From positions 1 through 32,455 of the forward strand of contig JAYUEN010000431.1 in assembly GCA_043739185.1 (NCBI GenBank): 32,455 bases of DNA, read 5' to 3'. Shown here one piece after another: positions 26,351 through 32,455 of the stretch (positions are counted from its first letter, which is position 1; each line of letters starts with the position of its first letter). The notes beneath the pieces are model-generated. The model was not told where the DNA came from. It saw nothing but the letters and a program-made list of their open reading frames with translations, and ran no database searches. The translations under genes and the position numbers were made by a program. The DNA comes from Bdellovibrionales bacterium. Lineage in GTDB: Bacteria; Bdellovibrionota; Bdellovibrionia; Bdellovibrionales; JAMPXM01.

Positions 26351-27142
26351 ATGAATTCAAAATCTTCACTACATTCATTTTTCAAACTTAGGAAATGGCA
26401 AATTCTGCTTTCGACAGTTTTTTTTTCAATATCACAATTGCAGGCGAGCGAAAGTCTTTCAAGAGATGGCCTCAATATCTACCGCCACAACGAAAATTAT
26501 TTTATTACAGGCAAGGAAGAAACCAAGATTCAATTGAGCTTTAAAATGGAGCTAATTGCTGATGCAGGCTTTTACGTTGCCTATACTCAATTGATGTTTT
26601 GGGATCTTGGCATTGGAACGGCACATTTTTCAGATGTAAACTACAATCCTGAATTCTTTTATCGCCTAAGGCTGAGCAATTCGATTTTAAAGGAAATTGA
26701 CTTCTGCCCGCTAGACCACAAATCAGACGGTCAAACCGCCGAAAACGCCCGCAGCTGGAACCGTACTTATATAAATTTAAGAAGTGACTATGAGTTTTTT
26801 CATTTGAATTTTCGAACGGAAACGAAAATGTATTACTTCTATGAATACGACAATACGAATCCTGAAATCTACCGTAAGCTTGGGCTTATCGAATTTGGGT
26901 TTACGATTGAAAATCTTTTGTTAGGTCGTTTTAGTCAAGATGAACTCAATATTAAAATCGTGCCAGGAGGGGTTTTTAGTATGTCTGAAAATGAAGGTCA
27001 TCAGGAATTGAACTTTAAATTTCGTTTGCAAATACCCCGACTCAATCCATCAATTTATTTTCAAATATACAATGGAACCGACGAAAAGCTGATAAAATAC
27101 AACGAAACTGCAACCAGTTATCGAATCGGCTTAGCTCTTTAA
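26351..27142 (+). CDS. pldA: Outer-membrane phospholipase A (OMPLA)
   Basis: KIQLSFK, YTQLMFW, NYNPEFFY, HKSDG...RSWNR and C-terminal strand IGLAL. Confidence 0.85.
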   Translation: MNSKSSLHSFFKLRKWQILLSTVFFSISQLQASESLSRDGLNIYRHNENYFITGKEETKIQLSFKMELIADAGFYVAYTQLMFWDLGIGTAHFSDVNYNPEFFYRLRLSNSILKEIDFCPLDHKSDGQTAENARSWNRTYINLRSDYEFFHLNFRTETKMYYFYEYDNTNPEIYRKLGLIEFGFTIENLLLGRFSQDELNIKIVPGGVFSMSENEGHQELNFKFRLQIPRLNPSIYFQIYNGTDEKLIKYNETATSYRIGLAL

Positions 27143-27152
27143 TTGAACAGAT

Positions 27153-28598
27153 CTAAATTCCCAATTCTTCTAGTCTAGGTGAATTGATTTCTTTTTCTTT
27201 TCGATAAAGTGTTTTTCGGTCAATTCCTAATAGCTTTGCCGCCAAGTCTTTTTTACCGGCAGTTCTCTTAAGAATATACTCAATATATTTCATCTCGAGC
27301 TGTTGAATAGTAATACAGGAGCTAAAAATATCATTTGGAAGCTCATGAACTAGTTCTTTCTTGTCTGACGCTACTTCAATGTCACAGACTTCAATCTGAT
27401 TTGTATTACAAAATACCATTGCTCGTTCAATGGTATTTTCAAGCTCTCTGATATTGCCCGGCCAGTCTTGCAAGCTCAAATGCTCAATTGCATGCGCACT
27501 CAAGCTCTTTACCAAGGGATTCAAACTAGAATATTTCTCTACAAAATGTTCTGCCAAAAGAGAAATATCATTTTTGCGGCTCTTTAAGGTTGGAACCTCA
27601 ATATAAACCACATTGATTCGATAATAAAGATCTTCTCGAAATCGTCCGGCCTTGCATTCTACTTTAAGGTCGCGGTGACTTGCCGCAATGATTCGCACAT
27701 CGCTTTGCTTTGTAATATTCTCGCCAACTAATTTATACTCTCGCTCTTGAATAAACCTCAAAAGTTTACCTTGTAGAGCCAAAGGCATATCACCAATTTC
27801 ATCTAAAAAAAGTGTGCCCCCCTCAGCGGTTTCAACCAGACCTTTTCGCCTTGAAATGGCCCCGGTGAATGCACCTTTCGCATGTCCAAAGAGCTCACTC
27901 TCAAGAAGATTTTCTGGAATTGCAGTACAATTGAGTGCAACAAAGGGTTTGCGCGCCCTAGGCCCACTCTTATGTATCGCCTGAGCAATGAGTTCTTTCC
28001 CGGTTCCGCTCTGGCCAAACAACAAAACATTGACTCGATTGCGGGCAACTTTCTTGATCATAGACAAGACACTTTGCATCTTCGGATCATTTCCGATCAA
28101 CGAAAGTGCATGAGATGAAAGCTTTGCGGTGTCCAATATCTCTAAGCCTTCGCGCTCTAGAATTCGATCCTTAAGCAGCCCCTGCATAATCGATTTGAGC
28201 TCTAAAATATTAAGAGGTTTTATAATGTAATGATCTGCACCTATGCGCATCGATTCAACCGCAGTTTCAATACTCGCAAACGCCGACATAATAATAATGA
28301 GTGTATCGCTTAACTTTCGTAGTTCTTTAGTGAATTCAATGCCACTCAGCCCAGGCATTATTAAGTCAGAAAGGATGATATCGTAACCGGAGGTACCTGT
28401 GTCCAAACAATTTTGTTTTATTTTATCTAATGCGTCTTTCGCAGTTAAAAAGTGATCGAGTAAATAATTTTCAGCAAGAAGTTTATACTTCAAAAACTCA
28501 AAAATTTCTAAACTATCGTCTATTACTAAGATCTTTGTTTTGGGTGTTTTAATTATTTCACCAGCCACACCCGTCGCACTGTTCGCATTGCTCTTCAA
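27153..28598 (-). CDS. Sigma-54-dependent NtrC-family response regulator (REC-AAA+-Fis HTH)
   Basis: REC (IDD, SDLIMP, KP), Walker [40 protein letters not shown] and [12 protein letters not shown]. Confidence 0.96.
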   Translation of the reverse strand: MKSNANSATGVAGEIIKTPKTKILVIDDSLEIFEFLKYKLLAENYLLDHFLTAKDALDKIKQNCLDTGTSGYDIILSDLIMPGLSGIEFTKELRKLSDTLIIIMSAFASIETAVESMRIGADHYIIKPLNILELKSIMQGLLKDRILEREGLEILDTAKLSSHALSLIGNDPKMQSVLSMIKKVARNRVNVLLFGQSGTGKELIAQAIHKSGPRARKPFVALNCTAIPENLLESELFGHAKGAFTGAISRRKGLVETAEGGTLFLDEIGDMPLALQGKLLRFIQEREYKLVGENITKQSDVRIIAASHRDLKVECKAGRFREDLYYRINVVYIEVPTLKSRKNDISLLAEHFVEKYSSLNPLVKSLSAHAIEHLSLQDWPGNIRELENTIERAMVFCNTNQIEVCDIEVASDKKELVHELPNDIFSSCITIQQLEMKYIEYILKRTAGKKDLAAKLLGIDRKTLYRKEKEINSPRLEELGI

Positions 28599-28917
28599 TG
28601 TCCACCATTTTTTCTTTTGAAAATAAATATTTATTGATTACCTTGCGGAAATGTATTTACACCCTAGACGATTGTTCGAAAACTAGCAATGCCTTTCGCA
28701 ATTTAACTTTCAAACCACATGAGAAGAAAAGGAAATTTAGCAAATTTGAGTCGAAGATAGGTTTTGCACCATATGACACTTTTTGATTTATAATTTTTTC
28801 ACATAGCTATCTTAACACAATCTGATTAATCAACGAGCTTAAATAACAAATCCTTTGCCCCGTTCACAGCTCGAGCGCGGAGCAAACTCAACAGACAAGC
28901 ACTCAGTATCCCGCACC

Positions 28918-28949
28918 AAAGGGCCCATGCAAACGATTGCCCTGGACCC
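28918..28949 (-). terminator. Probable intrinsic terminator of the 29581-28974 operon
   Basis: Minus strand GGGTCCAGGGCAA-TCGT-TTGCATGGGCCC followed by TTT. Confidence 0.45.
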
Positions 28950-28973
28950 ACTGTTTTCTTAGTTACCTCTCTA

Positions 28974-29246
28974 CTAATGATGAGCTCTGGTCGTAGTTTC
29001 ACTTTTTTGGTGATTAAAATAAAAATATGCGCCAGCAGCTATCACTGAAATACCCGCACTGACCATCGCAATTGTTCTCCAGTTTTCCCGAGAAAACTTT
29101 TTGATGGCTGGGAGCGCCTTGCTCACTTCTGCAACCAATTCTTGAGCCTTCTCACCACTGGTTTTACTTCCATTGAGGCTTGCTGTGTCCAGACCCTTTT
29201 TCCCACGGCTTGGTTCTTCTCTATAACGATATTCTGTTTTGTCCAT
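28974..29246 (-). CDS. Small C-terminally anchored membrane protein (ElaB/YqjD/DUF883-like architecture)
   Basis: Charged N-terminus, FSRENW, then a single C-terminal TM. AAAGG RBS. Confidence 0.6.
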   Translation of the reverse strand: MDKTEYRYREEPSRGKKGLDTASLNGSKTSGEKAQELVAEVSKALPAIKKFSRENWRTIAMVSAGISVIAAGAYFYFNHQKSETTTRAHH

Positions 29247-29302
29247 AAAATCGACCTTTCATTTTAATTGGGTAATTTCTCACTTTCACTTCAATCTTCT
29301 TT

Positions 29303-29581
29303 TTAATTTCCTATACTATGAGAGCTTTCAATCACGGAATCTGTTTGCCGAAGCACAATACTCAATGCGAAAGCAACAAGTGGAGGCGTCAGACCTCGCC
29401 AGTTCATCCTCAGATAATAGGTAAGATCTATTAATTCAGATAGACTGGTATCAACAATTTCACGCTCTTCGCTAATAAAATTCATAATTTTGTCTTGCAG
29501 GACTTTTGGATGTTTTAATATTCCCATCAGAACTTCATGAGAGTCAGAACCTTGAAGATCCTTTGAATTGTTCACAAGCAA
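29303..29581 (-). CDS. Small hypothetical protein with a hydrophobic C-terminal segment
   Basis: TTG start after AGAAAGGA. LRMNW followed by a hydrophobic stretch echoes the neighbouring gene. Confidence 0.55.
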   Translation of the reverse strand: MLVNNSKDLQGSDSHEVLMGILKHPKVLQDKIMNFISEEREIVDTSLSELIDLTYYLRMNWRGLTPPLVAFALSIVLRQTDSVIESSHSIGN

Positions 29582-29602
29582 GTCCTTTCTAATCGAGTTT
29601 CA

Positions 29603-29641
29603 CTGTCTCTGTCTCTGTCTCTGTCTCTGTCTCTGTCTCTG
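29603..29641. repeat. Hexanucleotide microsatellite (CTGTCT)x6.5
   Basis: Perfect 39-bp repeat seen directly. Confidence 0.97.
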
Positions 29642-29644
29642 ACC

Positions 29645-29660
29645 TGCAAGCTTGCGGCCA
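29645..29660 (-). promoter_or_regulatory. Predicted sigma-54 promoter TGGCCGCAAGCTTGCA
   Basis: TGGC-N7-TTGCA, 64 nt before TTG 29581. Confidence 0.78.
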
Positions 29661-29985
29661 AATATTTGTCGCGAAGGCTAACACCCTAAGAATAGGCCCT
29701 AAAAATTATTTCTAATGATCTTGTTATCCATATTCCGACCGCTCAACGCATTTAAATGGGGCAGAAAGAAATTCCTAAATGAAACTTATCGCCCCATTTA
29801 TTTGAGTCCTGATTTTAAGAAAATGATTTCATTCCTGCGTTCAATTGAGAAATATTTTTGATCAAACTACTTTATAAGATTTATTTCGCTTTCAATTAAT
29901 TTTGTTTGGACGGGGCAAGTTTTCTCACTCCTGCATGAAATGGGGAATCATGACCGTCCGAACACTGATCTGGCAGCTTTGGGGA

Positions 29986-30001
29986 TGGCCGCAAATCTGC
30001 A
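29986..30001 (+). promoter_or_regulatory. Predicted sigma-54 promoter TGGCCGCAAATCTGCA for the ompA-DUF1328-csbD operon
   Basis: TGGC, GG-N10-GC, 45 nt before ATG 30046. Shares TGGCCGCAA with its divergent partner. Confidence 0.75.
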
Positions 30002-30045
30002 TTAGTATTTGGGACGATTAGTAAATATTTTCAAAAGGATTCAAA

Positions 30046-31473
30046 ATGATTCAAACCAGTTTCGCAAAATTGTTCACTCTGATGATTACCTTATTAGGAT
30101 TAGCAGCCTGTGGGCACTCGCCAACAATTCAAGAGTATTCAGTTGGCGCAAGCCCGAGTGAAGAAATTCAGAAGTTAGACGTCGCCATGACCAGTGCTTA
30201 TCGTGATCAGGTCGATATGCTCGCTCCAAACAGTTTTGAAAATGCCAAAGTCTCCCTCACCGAAGCCAAATCGCAATTAGATAAGCAAAAAGATCCAGCA
30301 AAGACATTGCATACAATTGCCACGGCAAATTCCTACTTGAAACAAGCAATCGCGGCTTCGCAAGTTGCACATGCAAATATTGAGGAAGTTATCTCTGCGA
30401 GAAAACAAGCCATTGCCGCTGGCGCAACCAAGCACTTTGACAAAGAATTTATGGCAACCGATCGACAATTGCGCGAAGTCACTTCCGACCTCGAAAAGAA
30501 TGAAGTTGCTTCCGCTGAAAAAAATCGTACCAGACTTCAAAATGAATATCTCAATCTCGAACTACTCTCGATTAAGACTGAAAGTTTACATAGTGCAGGT
30601 GAAACTATCGAACAGGCTAAAACTGAAGGAGCCAAATCACTCGCACCACGAAGCCTTGCAATTGCAGAAAAGAAGTATAGAGATACCGATGCATTTATAA
30701 CTGCAAATCGTCACGACGCACAAGTGAATGTCAGGTCAGAAGAAAGCAAAGCACTTGCCGTTCATCTTTTGAAAATTACCAGAGCCTCAAAGCTTGATAA
30801 AAAAACTTCGTCTGAAGAGTTGGCGCTGAGAAATGAGAATGACCAAAACTTAGCTTCAGAAAAGGACGCGGAGCTTCAAGCCAAAGAAACTGTATTGAAA
30901 AATCAAGGCGAAGAACTCACGACCAAGGATATGCAACTCGCAAAAAGCGAGAATGTGTTACAAAATAAGAATGCAGAACTGACTGGTGCCGCCTTAGCCT
31001 TGAATGAATCCAATAATAAAGCCGACGCCGAAAAAGAATTTAATCAGAAGTACGAAACTGCCCGTTCTGAATTTAGTGAACAAGAAGCCGAAGTATATAA
31101 ACAAGGCGATGCACTCGTAATTCGTCTAAAAGCCCTTGAGTTTCCCAACTCTAAAGCCAATTTAAAAGCTGCTAATTTCTCGCTATTGGCAAAAGTAGAG
31201 AAAGTAATTAAAAGCTTTGGCCCAAGTTCGGTCGTGATCGAAGGTCATACTGATTCTGTAGGAGGAAAAGTGGTAAACGAAAAGCTCTCCGTTCAGCGAG
31301 CACAGGCTATTCGAGAATATTTTATAGCCAATTCGGTAACTGACTCAGGTAAAATCAGCGCTATAGGTTATGACTATCAAAAGCCCATTGCGAGCAATAA
31401 GACACCTAGTGGCCGTGCTCAAAATCGTCGAGTCGATATTCGCATATTGCCTGATAAGACGACTTCACTTTAG
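30046..31473 (+). CDS. OmpA-family lipoprotein with a long helical/coiled-coil stalk
   Basis: Lipobox LAAC. IEGHTDSVG, NEKLSVQRA and GRAQNRRVDI peptidoglycan-binding motifs. Confidence 0.92.
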   Translation: MIQTSFAKLFTLMITLLGLAACGHSPTIQEYSVGASPSEEIQKLDVAMTSAYRDQVDMLAPNSFENAKVSLTEAKSQLDKQKDPAKTLHTIATANSYLKQAIAASQVAHANIEEVISARKQAIAAGATKHFDKEFMATDRQLREVTSDLEKNEVASAEKNRTRLQNEYLNLELLSIKTESLHSAGETIEQAKTEGAKSLAPRSLAIAEKKYRDTDAFITANRHDAQVNVRSEESKALAVHLLKITRASKLDKKTSSEELALRNENDQNLASEKDAELQAKETVLKNQGEELTTKDMQLAKSENVLQNKNAELTGAALALNESNNKADAEKEFNQKYETARSEFSEQEAEVYKQGDALVIRLKALEFPNSKANLKAANFSLLAKVEKVIKSFGPSSVVIEGHTDSVGGKVVNEKLSVQRAQAIREYFIANSVTDSGKISAIGYDYQKPIASNKTPSGRAQNRRVDIRILPDKTTSL

Positions 31474-31534
31474 TGCTTTTCACTGAATATTAACTTTATT
31501 TCGCAACGAATTTTTTAACAATAGGAGGTTTAGG

Positions 31535-31972
31535 ATGTTACGCGCAGCTATTGGATTTTTTATAATTGGACTTGTGGCTTTTGCATTAGGAGCTGGAGGT
31601 GTTGGGGGCCTGTCTATTGAAATAGGTCGAACTCTTCTCTTTGTGTTTATCGCTTTCGCAGTTTTGAGTTTCTTGGTCTCACTCTTTACGGGAAAAAAGC
31701 CACAAATAATTTGGATTCCTATTTTTCTCTTTGGCCTAACCTTCGCGCCCGGCACATCGAATGCCAACGCTGAAGATTCACCGAAAACTCAATTTCAAAA
31801 TGATATCGGCGACGCAAAAACAGATACAAAAGTTCACGCGCGAAAGCTGAAACGTTATGTCAGAAATAAAACGGGCAAGCAAAGTAGGGTCAAGGATTCA
31901 AAGGATTTGATTTACGATGCAAGCGATAAAACACAAAATTCGATTGAAAAAGTTGAACGCAAAGCTAAATAG
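31535..31972 (+). CDS. DUF1328 (UPF0391) membrane protein fused to a signal-peptide-like segment and a Lys/Asp-rich tail
   Basis: The first ~55 aa (MLRAAIGFFIIGLVAFALG..G..IGRTLLFVF) match DUF1328. AGGAGG RBS. Confidence 0.75.
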   Translation: MLRAAIGFFIIGLVAFALGAGGVGGLSIEIGRTLLFVFIAFAVLSFLVSLFTGKKPQIIWIPIFLFGLTFAPGTSNANAEDSPKTQFQNDIGDAKTDTKVHARKLKRYVRNKTGKQSRVKDSKDLIYDASDKTQNSIEKVERKAK

Positions 31973-32004
31973 ATTTTAACAACGATCAATAAGGAGAAAG
32001 AATT

Positions 32005-32259
32005 ATGACAATCAATGAAAATACCACAAATGGTAAATGGCTTGAAATTAAAGGCAATATTCAAAAGGCCTGGGGAAATCTCACCGACAACGAATTAGAG
32101 CAATCCAAGGGCGATATCAAAGCAATAGGCGGCTTAATTCAGCAACGATACGGAGAGGTTCAAGAAAGCTACGGCAAAAAACTTTCAGCGATTTTTCAAG
32201 ACTTCAAAGTAGAGAAAGATAAAAAGCTTGAGTCTATTAAATCTTCTCTTAAGTCTTAG
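32005..32259 (+). CDS. csbD: CsbD/YjbJ family general stress protein
   Basis: GKWLEIKGNIQKAWGNLTDNEL...G.IQQRYG. AAGGAG RBS. Confidence 0.93.
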   Translation: MTINENTTNGKWLEIKGNIQKAWGNLTDNELEQSKGDIKAIGGLIQQRYGEVQESYGKKLSAIFQDFKVEKDKKLESIKSSLKS

Positions 32260-32291
32260 AAACTGGGCCCTTAGACTGTAAAGGCTTAAAA

Positions 32292-32307
32292 TGGCCTGGG
32301 CTTTGCT
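32292..32307 (+). promoter_or_regulatory. Possible sigma-54 promoter TGGCCTGGGCTTTGCT pointing out of the window
   Basis: TGGC-N7-TTGCT. The target is not visible and the site overlaps the terminator. Confidence 0.45.
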
Positions 32308-32345
32308 TTTTGCCTTTTGGCATGAAGCGAGCTTGTTTTTGTTTT
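32299..32345 (+). terminator. Intrinsic terminator after csbD
   Basis: Imperfect stem centred on TGCC-TTTT-GGCA, followed by TTGTTTTTGTTTT. Confidence 0.55.
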
Positions 32346-32455
32346 AAATCCACCACCGAAAAATTCGTAAAGCGAATGAATCTCAATTCATTCGGAAGTT
32401 TTTTTCGTAAACACGACAAAGCCCAAGTGAAACGCTACCGCTGCCCGATTTGTAA

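Noticed and set aside
28598..28786. 62-aa plus-strand ORF
   Set aside because: No RBS or motif, and it occupies the AT-rich upstream region of the activator.
28928..28943. AGGGCAATCGTTTGCA (minus strand) as an autoregulatory sigma-54 promoter for the activator
   Set aside because: The spacing fits, but it is about 330 nt from the start, has a poor -24 half and lies inside a probable terminator hairpin. It is not excluded.
551..31767. Many short ORFs antisense to or nested within long genes (e.g. 3248-3790, 13791-14195, 21857-22042, 30365-30700, 31480-31767)
   Set aside because: They are shadow frames of well-supported genes or promoter regions, without motifs or RBS.
32071..32087. TGGGGAAATCTCACCGA enhancer-like match inside csbD
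   Set aside because: It is explained by the conserved WGNLTD protein motif. The in-gene half-match at 7609-7625 was left out for similar reasons.
1..32455. Prophage, integrase, transposase, defence system, rRNA or tRNA genes
   Set aside because: No such motifs were seen. 'Island' here means functional clustering; there is no direct evidence of mobility.

Overview
Low-GC (roughly 40%) Gram-negative bacterial DNA. Gene style suggests Bdellovibrionota, but this is inference only. The window is a compact general-stress and envelope island. Signalling genes are the tail of a response regulator, a CheB-CheR-PAS-GAF-HisKA-HATPase-REC hybrid kinase, a stand-alone CheB and an NtrC-family sigma-54 activator. 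Stress genes are Fe-SOD, Dps, an NADPH-dependent FMN reductase, an 8.8-kb cyclic beta-1,2-glucan synthase, CsbD, DUF1328, GlsB/YmgE, an ElaB-like protein, Ysc84/SYLF and small hydrophilic proteins. Envelope and secreted proteins are two beta-barrels, OMPLA, OmpA-like lipoproteins, a transglutaminase-elicitor-like lipoprotein and an HExxH protease. The main signal the ORFs do not explain is regulatory. Nearly every effector operon has a correctly oriented sigma-54 (-24/-12, GG-N10-GC) promoter, 11-12 sites in all, including four divergent pairs. Most lie 43-73 nt before the start codon. A shared semi-palindromic 17-mer (about TGGGGCAAAATGACCGA) recurs further upstream. Together these suggest a self-contained sigma-54-driven general stress regulon. 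Also present are a 123-bp MITE-like element in the sodB leader and a hexanucleotide microsatellite over a predicted transcription start. All calls come from reading the sequence; no database searches were run.
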